From Gemmatimonadales bacterium (GTDB taxonomy: Bacteria; Gemmatimonadota; Gemmatimonadetes; Gemmatimonadales; GWC2-71-9): a stretch of DNA of 64,000 bases. Within the stretch, counting starts at the first letter, position 1, and every line of letters begins with the position of its first letter. The position numbers and the translations under genes are program-made. Shown here piece by piece: positions 55,227 through 64,000 of this stretch. The stretch lies in assembly GCA_037189525.1 (NCBI GenBank), contig JBBCJC010000002.1:736001-800000 (forward strand), written 5' to 3'. The notes under the pieces were generated by a model, which was not told the origin of the DNA, did not search any database, and saw only the letters and a program-made list of their open reading frames with translations.

Positions 55227-56063
55227 CTACCCGATGAACTCGACCGCGATCTGGTGCGGAATCAGGCCGGCCGCATGGCCGCGATCGAGCAGGAGCTGGA
55301 CCGCTTTTCGGCCGCGCTCGCCGTAGTCCACCGTCCACTGATTGACGTACATCCCGACGAAGGTATCGGTCCGCTCGTCGGAGATGCCCCGGTTGTACTG
55401 CTTGGCGTGTGCCAGAGCCGCGCCGCGGTGGGCCAGCGAATACTCGATCGAGGCTTTGAGGTCCCGAGCTACCTGATTCATGACCTCGGTGCCCAGATCC
55501 CGGCGGACCACGTTCCCGCCCAGGGGGAGAGGAAGGCCGGTGTCGGCCAGCCACCAGGCGCCCAGGTCCTCCCAGAGGTGGAGGCCCAGGTCGCCAAACG
55601 TCAGCTGACCCTCGTGAATCAGCAGTCCGACTGGCACATCGCCCCGGAGCACCGCGTCTTCGATCTGGTCGAACGGCATCACGACCGGCTCGAAATCGGG
55701 CTGATACAGCTTGAGCGCGAGGAACGCGGTGGTCAGCGTTCCGGGCACGGCCACCCGCTTGCCTGCAATCGCCTGGCGGGGGTCGGCCGGCTTGGGTTCG
55801 GTCGAAACCAGGCGGGGCCCGTAGCCGTCACCCATGGATGATCCGCTGGACAGGAGCGCGTAGCGGTCCGCCAGGTAGGCGTAGGCATGGATGGAGACGG
55901 CCGTGACTTCGAGTTCTCCCTGGAGGGCCCGCCGGTTCAGCGTCTCGATATCCTGCAGCTCATGGGTGTAGGAGAGATCACCCGTGTCGATGTGGCCCGA
56001 CGAAAGGCCGTAGAACATGAAAGCATCGTCGGAATCGGGGGAATGAGCGACACGGATCAGCAT
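55227..56063 (-). CDS. mqnD: 1,4-dihydroxy-6-naphthoate synthase (futalosine pathway)
   Basis: AHSPDSDDAFMFY, DIETLN, LIHEGQL, LPLPLGG, MYVN. Confidence 0.9.
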   Translation of the reverse strand: MLIRVAHSPDSDDAFMFYGLSSGHIDTGDLSYTHELQDIETLNRRALQGELEVTAVSIHAYAYLADRYALLSSGSSMGDGYGPRLVSTEPKPADPRQAIAGKRVAVPGTLTTAFLALKLYQPDFEPVVMPFDQIEDAVLRGDVPVGLLIHEGQLTFGDLGLHLWEDLGAWWLADTGLPLPLGGNVVRRDLGTEVMNQVARDLKASIEYSLAHRGAALAHAKQYNRGISDERTDTFVGMYVNQWTVDYGERGRKAVQLLLDRGHAAGLIPHQIAVEFIG

Positions 56064-56101
56064 GGCAAAGACTCGTTCGAAGGAGGGGCGCCAACTCGCC
56101 G

Positions 56102-56884
56102 TCAGCGGCTGTTGGCTTGGGCCCGGTTACGGAAGTCGGTGATGACGGCCTGATGGTCGAGGTATTCGACCCGGTTGGCCGCCATCTCGGCGTCGTAGGC
56201 GCGCAGGAAATTGGCGTAGCTGGCGGCGAGGGCCGACGAATCGTTCTCGTACTCGGCCACCTCGCCGCGGATCAGGTAGCCGAACAGATGGTCCGGTTGC
56301 CCGGCAAGGATCGTATCGGCTTTGGCCTTGGCCCGGGCAAACTCGCCGACCACGGTATGGATCATGGCGGCGTGATACCGGGCATCGGCATCGACTTCAC
56401 CCGGCGCGAGCAGACCATACGCATCGAGCGCCATCGGCGAAAACATCATCACGGTGTCGGCCGAGCGGGCTTCGGCGGCGCGCATGACACGCTCGAACAA
56501 CCGGTCGAAGCGCTGGCGCGGCGTCATGTTGCTGATATCGGGAGCCCGGCCGGCCTGCGCGACGGCTCCGCTGCCCCCGCCGGCATTGGCCATGGCAGGA
56601 GCCTGCGGTGTCGGCACATTGCCTTTGCCGACCATGTAGGCCACCGCGGCAACCGACAGCAGCGCCACGAGGCCGGCCACGACCCAGGCAAACCGTTCCT
56701 GCTTGGCCCCGACGCCTCGGCCCGCTTCCGACCCGCAGCGATGACAATAGCGCGCGCCCGGCGTGAGCTCACCGCCGCATCCTTCACAGCGCCGCTGTCC
56801 GGCCCGCGCGCCGCACTGGCTGCAGAACTGGCCGGTGAAGGGACTGCCGCAGCTGGCGCAGGTATTTTGAGACGCGTTGGTCAT
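56102..56884 (-). CDS. Double zinc-ribbon membrane protein with TPR-like C-terminus
   Basis: CASC/CSQC/CEGC/CHRC motifs; TM helix. Confidence 0.75.
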   Translation of the reverse strand: MTNASQNTCASCGSPFTGQFCSQCGARAGQRRCEGCGGELTPGARYCHRCGSEAGRGVGAKQERFAWVVAGLVALLSVAAVAYMVGKGNVPTPQAPAMANAGGGSGAVAQAGRAPDISNMTPRQRFDRLFERVMRAAEARSADTVMMFSPMALDAYGLLAPGEVDADARYHAAMIHTVVGEFARAKAKADTILAGQPDHLFGYLIRGEVAEYENDSSALAASYANFLRAYDAEMAANRVEYLDHQAVITDFRNRAQANSR

Positions 56885-56988
56885 AGCACGCGAAAAGTAA
56901 GGGGTTGGAGCCTGCACGGTGAGGGGTGGGTCTGGTGCTCCGGGGAGCCTTCCGCTACCATCCTACCTCAGGCGAACTGTAAGGACTC

Positions 56989-57255
56989 ATGACACAGCCT
57001 ACGGCAGCCGAGATTCCCAGCGTGCCTGGTGCCCATCATCTGGGCGACCTCGGGCGCGGCGGCGTTACGTGGAAGGTGTATCTGGAAACGAATACCACCA
57101 TGGTGCCCGTCAAGGGCCGGGTGCATTTCGTTGCCGACGCGACGCAGCGGTCGACTGGGTGGATCTTCATCGAACGGACGGAACAGGACCTCTTGCGGCG
57201 ATTTCATGAGTTCAGCGCGCTCGAGCTGTGGAGGGTGCTCGAAAGTCTCGCTTGA
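56989..57255 (+). CDS. Hypothetical protein
   Basis: AAGGA RBS; 88 aa with globular composition. Confidence 0.6.
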   Translation: MTQPTAAEIPSVPGAHHLGDLGRGGVTWKVYLETNTTMVPVKGRVHFVADATQRSTGWIFIERTEQDLLRRFHEFSALELWRVLESLA

Positions 57256-57282
57256 GCGGCATCGAGCCCCACGCTGTCCTCC

Positions 57283-58884
57283 ATGTTACGCTGGTCCGTT
57301 CCGTTTGCCGTGGTCGCGGCTATTGCCGCTCCGCTCAACGCGCAGACTCCTCCCGACTCCACTGGTGCACTGAATCGCATCACCGCCGTGGTGATCGAGA
57401 CCAGTGACGTCTATACCCAGGAACAAGCCAATACGCTGGTTGCCCGGATTCTGAACGGGCTCCACATCACGACGCGCCACGGCGTGATCCGTCGCGAGGT
57501 GCTGCTCCGCCCGGGCGAAGTCTATGATTCCGCCCGCGCGGCAGAGACGGAACGCGGCCTTCGGGCGCTGCGGATCTTCCGGCGGGTCACGGTCGACTCG
57601 GTCCGGTCGGACTCGGGGTTGGTACTGCGGGTCCGGACCCAGGACGCCTTCACCACCCGGTTCGAGTTTTCCATCGTCGGCTCGGACGAGAGCCGGAGTT
57701 GGGCCGTATCCGTCAACGAACTCAATCTGCTCGGCACGGCCACCCGGGTCATGGTGCGCTACCGGAAGACGCCCGACCGCGATGGGGTGACGACCTCGTT
57801 CCAGCGCCATCGCTTGATCGGCGGACGGGTGGGGCTCACGGCGTTCTACGATGCGCGGAGCGACGGCCACACCGTCTACGGTGACATAGCCCAGCCGTTC
57901 TTCTCCTTTTCGTCGCCGACCAGCTGGTTCGTTTCCGGCGAGCAACGCGATGAGCGCGTCCTGCGCTTCGCGGAGGGCGACCCCGATCCATCGGCCATTC
58001 TCGAGCGGCGCTTCTGGCTGGCCCGCACCGGGATGGGTCAGGCGCTGATCCGCTCGCCGTCGGGATACCTCCGGGTCGGCGTCAATGCGCAGCTCCGGCG
58101 CGACGATTACGCCGCGCAGTCGCGGGTCGACACGCTGGGCCGGAGCGTGTCGGGGGCCATCACGCCTTTCCTCCAATGGCGGGCCGCGCGCTTCCTGGTG
58201 AGCCGGGACTTCGAAGGGATGGGACGGCAGGAGGATGTCGACCTGAGTACCGTCGTCCATTTCGGGCTGGGCCTCACCCCGGCGGCCTTCGGCTACCAGG
58301 ACAACGGCATCGTCCCCACCCTCTCGGCGCACACCGGGGTGGGGTGGCGACGGGGGTTTGCCCGGTTTTCGACCTCGATCCACGGCCGCCTGACCGACGC
58401 CGGGGTGGTCGACTCCGGCGCGGTCCACCTGGCCAGTCTGGTCGTCCTGAAGCCGGCGCCCCGTCAGATGGCGGTCTTCCATGCGGCCCGGGGTTGGCAG
58501 AAGAACCCCATGCCCGGGGCGGAGTTCGACCTGGGACTGGGGCTGGGCCCGCGCGGTTTCCGAGCCCATGCCTTTACCGGCGACCAGGCATTCCTGGTGG
58601 GCACCGAACTCCGCTATACCGTCGTCGACGACTTCCTCAACTCGGCCGGGCTGGGGGTCGCGGCGTTTGCGGAGTATGGTGGGGCCTGGTATGCGGGGTC
58701 GCCGGTCCGGGCCGGCTATTCGGTCGGGCTGGGGCTCCGCTTCGGACTGACCTTTGCCAGCGATCTCTCACCGGCCCGGCTCGACTTTGCCTACACCGGC
58801 GGGGACGGCCTTGCCCGCCCGGCCTGGCGGGTCGCGTTCGGGAAGGGATTCGCCTTCAGTACGAGTGGTCGGCTGGACCAGTGA
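57283..58884 (+). CDS. Omp85/TamA-like outer-membrane protein with POTRA domain
   Basis: VIRREVLLRPGE...ETERGLRAL.IF; ELNLLG; RGF motif in the barrel. Confidence 0.75.
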   Translation: MLRWSVPFAVVAAIAAPLNAQTPPDSTGALNRITAVVIETSDVYTQEQANTLVARILNGLHITTRHGVIRREVLLRPGEVYDSARAAETERGLRALRIFRRVTVDSVRSDSGLVLRVRTQDAFTTRFEFSIVGSDESRSWAVSVNELNLLGTATRVMVRYRKTPDRDGVTTSFQRHRLIGGRVGLTAFYDARSDGHTVYGDIAQPFFSFSSPTSWFVSGEQRDERVLRFAEGDPDPSAILERRFWLARTGMGQALIRSPSGYLRVGVNAQLRRDDYAAQSRVDTLGRSVSGAITPFLQWRAARFLVSRDFEGMGRQEDVDLSTVVHFGLGLTPAAFGYQDNGIVPTLSAHTGVGWRRGFARFSTSIHGRLTDAGVVDSGAVHLASLVVLKPAPRQMAVFHAARGWQKNPMPGAEFDLGLGLGPRGFRAHAFTGDQAFLVGTELRYTVVDDFLNSAGLGVAAFAEYGGAWYAGSPVRAGYSVGLGLRFGLTFASDLSPARLDFAYTGGDGLARPAWRVAFGKGFAFSTSGRLDQ

Positions 58885-58909
58885 TCGAGTTCCCCGTAGC
58901 TTCTGAGCC

Positions 58910-59359
58910 ATGACCGCCTCCGAACCGCCGTCTGCCCCTGCGCCAGAACCCGAACCGGCCCCAGTCCCGGTGCGCCGCCGGCGCTGGCCGGTCATTCTGG
59001 CCGCCGTGATCGTCACCCCGATTCTGCTGTCGATCATCTACACCGGGTTTGTCCTGACCTGGTCCTATTCGGACGGCGAGCGATCCGGCCAACTCTACCG
59101 GTTCTCGAAAAAAGGGTGGCTCTGCAAGACCTGGGAGGGGGAGCTCAACATCACCCCGACGGCGGCGTCTCCCACCATCTGGTACTTCACGGTTCGTGAC
59201 GAAGACATCGTGCCGGCCATTACGGATATGATCGGGAAGCAGGTGGTGCTCCACTACGGTGAACACCGTGGGGTGCCCAGCAGCTGCTTCGGCGATACCA
59301 ACTTTTTTGTCTATGGCGTGCGGGGGGTGGTTGGAACCTCCTCGGACACCATACCGTAG
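58910..59359 (+). CDS. Conserved hypothetical membrane-anchored protein
   Basis: TM followed by YSDGERSG...SKKGWLCKTWEGEL. Confidence 0.75.
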   Translation: MTASEPPSAPAPEPEPAPVPVRRRRWPVILAAVIVTPILLSIIYTGFVLTWSYSDGERSGQLYRFSKKGWLCKTWEGELNITPTAASPTIWYFTVRDEDIVPAITDMIGKQVVLHYGEHRGVPSSCFGDTNFFVYGVRGVVGTSSDTIP

Positions 59360-59421
59360 GGTCAAAGACCGGTTCTTCCCTTGCCGTGATCGGGCGGCGG
59401 TGCCAATTTTCCTGACTTCCC

Positions 59422-59492
<71 letters not shown>

Positions 59493-59517
59493 CTCACCCC
59501 CAATTCGCGGGGGAATC

Positions 59518-60267
59518 ATGCAGTTCCGGACCATCATCGTCACGACGGTGCTGGCCACCTCCTTCGGCCTCGCTGCCCATCCGGCTTCGGGTGTGGCGCA
59601 GCCGAGATTTGCCTCCATCACGGGTCGAGTCATTACCGGGCCGGCGGAACGCCCGGTGAGCGGGATTACCGTCGTTCTCCTGGCGGTCGGCGGACGTGCC
59701 ACGACGGATTCGGCGGGCCGGTTCTCGTTTCTCGGTCTCGATGCCGGAACGTATCGGGTCGAAGCCGGCGTCGAAGGCATGGCGCCTCTGGCGGCCACGG
59801 TTGCCCTGGCGCAGGGTGAGCAGAAAGAAATCGAGTTTCGGATCGACGGGGCCGGTGAGCGGTTGCCCGTGGTGGTCTCCGCCCCGGCGGGCCGCGCGGT
59901 CGCCGATGCTCCTCCCAGCGCGTTTGCCCGCCGCCGGGCCCGCGGCAACGGCCGATACTTCGACCAGGACGAGATTCAGGAGCGCCGCCCGCATCGTTTG
60001 AGCGACTTGTTGCGCCTCTTGCCGGGCGTGCGGGTCGAATGCCGGGGAGGCAGTTGCTTCGTACGCCTCAATAACGACCCGCGCGGCTGCGCGCCTGCCG
60101 TCTTTCTCGACGAGCAGCGGAGCCCGGTGTCTGCGATCGATCAGACCGCGCCAAGTGACGTGCTTGGCCTGGAGATCTATCGCGGGCCATCGGAAACGCC
60201 GCCCGAGTTGAACAATGATCAGGCGCGGTGTGGTGGGGCAATCGCGATTTCGACGCGAAGGGGGTAG
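59518..60267 (+). CDS. Carboxypeptidase-regulatory-like domain + TonB plug-like domain (no barrel)
   Basis: ITGRV...TDSAGRF..GL..GTY; DLLRLLPGV...LEIYRGP...CGGAIAISTR. Confidence 0.8.
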   Translation: MQFRTIIVTTVLATSFGLAAHPASGVAQPRFASITGRVITGPAERPVSGITVVLLAVGGRATTDSAGRFSFLGLDAGTYRVEAGVEGMAPLAATVALAQGEQKEIEFRIDGAGERLPVVVSAPAGRAVADAPPSAFARRRARGNGRYFDQDEIQERRPHRLSDLLRLLPGVRVECRGGSCFVRLNNDPRGCAPAVFLDEQRSPVSAIDQTAPSDVLGLEIYRGPSETPPELNNDQARCGGAIAISTRRG

Positions 60268-60269
60268 TC

Positions 60270-61100
60270 ATGAAGAGCCATCTGATGCTCGTCACCTGTC
60301 TGCTGGCAGTTCCCTCGATCGGTCTGGTCGACGGGATCGAACCGATTGCCGCGCAGGCGGGGTCCGGCACCATCAAAGGCGTCGTCATGTCGACCACGCC
60401 GCGTCGGCCGCTCGAAGGGGTCCGGCTCCGCCTGGTCGGCACCGAGCTCAATGCGGTCTCGGATTCTCGGGGCCGGTTCCAGTTCCGAGACCTCGATCCC
60501 GGCCAATATGTGATCGAAGCGGCGGCCATCGGCTACACGACGATGAACTCTCCGCTCCTCCTGCGCGAGCGCGAAACGCTCGAGCTCGAGTTCCTGGCCA
60601 GCATCGAGGCGTTGCGCTTACCGGATTTGGCCGTGGAAGAGCGGGCGGCGGAGCATGGCCCGCGTGATTGGCTCCGGCGCAAGTCGGAAGGGCGCGGCCG
60701 GTACATCACCCGGAAGCATCTGGAAGAGCGCCAGGTGCGATACCTGCCTGATGCGCTGCGGATGGTCGCGGGGGTGCGGGTCGAGTGCCGAGGGTCGATC
60801 TGTCGGGCGCAGATGCTGCGGGCGCATCGCGGGTGCGGGCCCGGCTACTTCATCGATGGGATTCCGGCGCACTCGTCGGCGCTCTGGCTCACGCCGGTGA
60901 ATGAAATCGAAGGGATCGAGGTGTACTCAGGCCCGTCGGAAACGCCCCCGGAACTGGAGAGTGGCTCCACCCAGTGCGGAGCAATCGCGCTGTGGACTCG
61001 TCCCCCGCCACCGCGGCGGCCTAAGGAGCCCAAGGCCGAGCCCGAGCCGCCGGCGTCCGATTCGACGTCGACCAGCCTCAACTACGCCCTTCGGCGCTGA
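60270..61100 (+). CDS. Carboxypeptidase-regulatory-like domain + TonB plug-like domain (paralogue)
   Basis: SDSRGRF..L.PG.Y; DALRMVAGV...IEVYSGP...CGAIALWTR. Confidence 0.8.
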   Translation: MKSHLMLVTCLLAVPSIGLVDGIEPIAAQAGSGTIKGVVMSTTPRRPLEGVRLRLVGTELNAVSDSRGRFQFRDLDPGQYVIEAAAIGYTTMNSPLLLRERETLELEFLASIEALRLPDLAVEERAAEHGPRDWLRRKSEGRGRYITRKHLEERQVRYLPDALRMVAGVRVECRGSICRAQMLRAHRGCGPGYFIDGIPAHSSALWLTPVNEIEGIEVYSGPSETPPELESGSTQCGAIALWTRPPPPRRPKEPKAEPEPPASDSTSTSLNYALRR

Positions 61101-61102
61101 AC

Positions 61103-62206
61103 TCAGCCGGCGGCGAGCGCCGCCATCTTGGCGGCCAGGCCATCGACCGCTGCCTGGTAGGAGGCGGCGAACTTGGCCAGGCCGTCTTCTTCCAGGAACG
61201 CCGTTACCTCCGCAAGACTGATATTCCGCCCGGCGAGCCGTCCCAGACGGTCTGCCGCCGTCGCGATCGCGGCATCGATCCGCACGGCAGGGTCGCCGTG
61301 ATCCCGGTACGCATTGAAGGTGTCCGGAGGAAGCGTGTTGACCGTGTCGTCGGCAATCAGCGCTTCGACATAATACACGTCCGGCAGGCGCGGGTCCTTG
61401 GTGCTGGTCGAGGCCCAGAGCGGGCGCTGCCGGGTGGCGCTATGCGCGGCGAGCCGCTGCCACCGTGGGGTCACCAGCGAGGTTCGGAAGGCCTGGTACG
61501 CCAACGCCGCATTGGCGATGGCGATGGTGCTACGGAGATCCTGGGCATCGCCCTGCTGGTCGAGCAGGCCATCGATCCGGCTGTCGACCCGGCTCACGAA
61601 GAAGCTGGCGACCGAGGCGATCTTGTTGATCGCGAGGCCGGCCTCGATCCGGGTTTCCAGTCCCGTCAGGTACGCATCGATGACGGCCTGATACCGTTCG
61701 ACCGAGAACAGCAGGGTGATGTTGACGTTGATCCCGGCCGCAATGCACTCGGTGATGGCCGGCAGGCACGCCACCGTGCCGGGGATCTTGATCATCGCAT
61801 TCGGCCGGTCGAGCGCGGTCCAGAGCCGCTTGGCTTCCGCGACCGTTCCCGCCGCGTCCTGTGCCAGCGTGGGCGACACTTCCAGCGAGACCAGCCCGTC
61901 GCGCCCTTCGGTGCTCAGATAGACCGGCAGGAAGGCGTCGCAGGCGGCCCGCACGTCCGCCACGGCCAGCGATTCGAACACCGCCGCGGGCGTGAGTCCT
62001 TCCGCCATGAACCGCCGTACGTCGGCGTCGTAGTCTTTGCTGCCCGAGATGGCTTTTTCGAAGATGGTCGGGTTCGACGTCATGCCCAGCAAGCCATCGT
62101 CGGCAATCAGCGCAGCCAGCGTACCACTCGCGATCAGGTCGCGGGTGATGAAATCGTACCACGGGCTCTGGCCGAGCTGACCCAGCCGAACGAGGGGGTT
62201 GGTCAT
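61103..62206 (-). CDS. tal: Transaldolase
   Basis: [43 protein letters not shown]. Confidence 0.95.
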   Translation of the reverse strand: MTNPLVRLGQLGQSPWYDFITRDLIASGTLAALIADDGLLGMTSNPTIFEKAISGSKDYDADVRRFMAEGLTPAAVFESLAVADVRAACDAFLPVYLSTEGRDGLVSLEVSPTLAQDAAGTVAEAKRLWTALDRPNAMIKIPGTVACLPAITECIAAGINVNITLLFSVERYQAVIDAYLTGLETRIEAGLAINKIASVASFFVSRVDSRIDGLLDQQGDAQDLRSTIAIANAALAYQAFRTSLVTPRWQRLAAHSATRQRPLWASTSTKDPRLPDVYYVEALIADDTVNTLPPDTFNAYRDHGDPAVRIDAAIATAADRLGRLAGRNISLAEVTAFLEEDGLAKFAASYQAAVDGLAAKMAALAAG

Positions 62207-64000
62207 GAGGCGCTCCGCTGGTGAACCCGACGGACCGCGGCGATGACCCGGTCCTTGGTGAATCCGAATTCTTCGAACAGGCGCTCACCGGGGGCGGACG
62301 CGCCGAAATGATCGATCCCGATCGACTCGCCCTGCTCGCCGACCCAGGTGAGCCAGCCGAAGGTCGTGGCCGCTTCGATCGAGACCCGGGCCCGGACTCC
62401 GGGGGGCAGGATCTGATTGCGATATTCGGCGGTCTGGGCCTTGAAGAGCTCCCAGCTGGGCAGCGACACCAGGCGGGTCGGAAGGCCGCTGTCGGTCAGG
62501 TCGCGCGCGGCCTCGAGGGCTACGCCGACTTCCGAGCCGGTCGCGAGGAGGATCGCTTCCGGGGGCGTCGCCGGCTCGAAGAGGACGTAGCCTCCCGCCT
62601 GGACTCCCGCCGCGCTGGCGGCCGAATGATCGACGGCGTTGACCTTCTGGCGGGACAGGATCAACGCGGTGGGGCCATCGGTCCGCGAAATCGCCGCGCG
62701 CCAGGCCTCGGCGGTCTCGGCAGCGGTTCCCGGACGCAGGACCACCAGGTTCGGGATGCTCCGCAGCATGGCCAGGTGCTCGATCGGCTGATGGGTCGGG
62801 CCGTCCTCGCCCACCCCGATCGAGTCGTGGGTCAGGATGTAGATCGCCGGCAGGTGCATCAGCGCGGCCAAGCGGATGGCCGGCTTCATGTAGTCCGCAA
62901 ACACCAGGAAGGTGCTGCCGAAGGGTCGAATGCCGCCGTGTGCGGCCATCCCGTTCATGGCGGCGCCCATGGCGTGCTCGCGGATACCCCAGGCCACCAT
63001 CTGCCCCGGGCGGCCCGCCTCGAACAGGCTCGCGCCTTTGATGTCAGTGCCGGTGCTGCCGGCCAGGTCGGCGGACCCGCCCACCAGGTTCGGCATGACT
63101 TGGGCAATGGCGTTGAGCGTGGCGGCCGAGGCCTGGCGGGTGGCCAGGGCATCGGAGGCGCCGTACTTGGGGAGCACCTGAGCCCAATCGATGTCCACGG
63201 TGCCAGCCAGCCAGCGGGTCAACTCGGCGGCCAGGGCAGGGTGGGCGGCCTCGTACCGGGCCCAGGCCGCCTTCCATTCGGCCACCCGGGCTTCGCCGCG
63301 GGTCTGGCATTCCGCCCAGTGCGACCGGGCTTCGGCCGGCACATGGAACGGTTCGTCGGGCCAGCCCAGGATGGCCTTGGTCTTGGCGATCTCGTCCTTG
63401 CCGAGCGGGGCGCCGTGGGAGGCGGCGGTATTGCGCTTGGTCGGGGCGGGGTCGGCAATTACGGTGCGAAGGACGACGAGGCAGGGCTTGTCGGACTGAG
63501 CGGCGGCGTCGGCCAGGGCCGCGTCGATGGCGCCCAGATCGTTGCCATCGCTGACGGTCAGGACCCGCCAGCCGTAGGCTTCGAAGCGGCGCTGGACGTC
63601 TTCGGAAAACGAGCGGCCGGTGGTGCCGTCGATGGTGATCCGGTTGTCGTCGTAGATGACCGTCAGCTTGCCCAGAGCCAGGTGACCGGCCAAAGACGCC
63701 GCTTCCGCCGCGACACCCTCCATCAGGTCGCCATCGCTGGCGAGGACCCAGGTCCGGTGGTCGACGATGTCGTGACCGGGCTGGTTGAACCGGCTGGCGA
63801 GGTACCGCTCCGCCATGGCCATCCCGACCGCGTTGCCGATGCCCTGGCCCAGGGGACCGGTGGTCGTCTCGACTCCGGGGGTATGGCCGCGCTCCGGGTG
63901 CCCCGGGGTGCGGGAGCCCCACTGCCGGAAGTTCCGGATCTCGTCGAGCGAGAGATCGTACCCGGACAGGTGGAGCAGCGAGTAGAGCAGCATCGACGCG
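62203..64000 (-). CDS. tkt: Transketolase (5' end outside window)
   Basis: [44 protein letters not shown]. Confidence 0.97.
   Translation of the reverse strand, partial: ASMLLYSLLHLSGYDLSLDEIRNFRQWGSRTPGHPERGHTPGVETTTGPLGQGIGNAVGMAMAERYLASRFNQPGHDIVDHRTWVLASDGDLMEGVAAEAASLAGHLALGKLTVIYDDNRITIDGTTGRSFSEDVQRRFEAYGWRVLTVSDGNDLGAIDAALADAAAQSDKPCLVVLRTVIADPAPTKRNTAASHGAPLGKDEIAKTKAILGWPDEPFHVPAEARSHWAECQTRGEARVAEWKAAWARYEAAHPALAAELTRWLAGTVDIDWAQVLPKYGASDALATRQASAATLNAIAQVMPNLVGGSADLAGSTGTDIKGASLFEAGRPGQMVAWGIREHAMGAAMNGMAAHGGIRPFGSTFLVFADYMKPAIRLAALMHLPAIYILTHDSIGVGEDGPTHQPIEHLAMLRSIPNLVVLRPGTAAETAEAWRAAISRTDGPTALILSRQKVNAVDHSAASAAGVQAGGYVLFEPATPPEAILLATGSEVGVALEAARDLTDSGLPTRLVSLPSWELFKAQTAEYRNQILPPGVRARVSIEAATTFGWLTWVGEQGESIGIDHFGASAPGERLFEEFGFTKDRVIAAVRRVHQRSAS

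Overview
GC-rich bacterial window; gene content suggests Gemmatimonadota (inference, not shown directly). The main feature is a ~32 kb contractile type VI secretion (T6SS) region at about 6.2-37.8 kb. Its core operon (tssB-tssC-orf-hcp/tssD-tssE-vgrG-tssF-tssG-tssK-clpV/tssH) resembles the Bacteroidota subtype-iii system. I can recognise no TssJ/L/M, TssA or TssN/O/P in the window. Instead the core is flanked by a ubiquitin-like/multi-TM/FHA-like protein, a membrane-anchored vWA protein, two further FHA membrane proteins (one with an M15-like peptidase end) and a small Ser/Thr kinase. Upstream is a divergent cargo region: an extended PAAR protein, two signal-peptide-less proteins sharing an OmpA-like domain with a peptidoglycan-binding insert (one ending in an HExxH metallopeptidase and followed by a lipoprotein), a DUF4123 adaptor, a catalytically degenerate HtpX paralogue and a frameshifted PAAR relic. 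The rest is mostly housekeeping or envelope genes: PLP decarboxylase, imelysin + di-haem protein, amidohydrolase, TolB-like, lepB, cold-shock protein, lemA-htpX, GNAT, response regulators, mqnD, Omp85-like, tRNA-Cys, tal, tkt. There is also a highly structured ~350-nt non-coding element at 49.05-49.40 kb. All family calls are by eye from motifs; no database searches were run.
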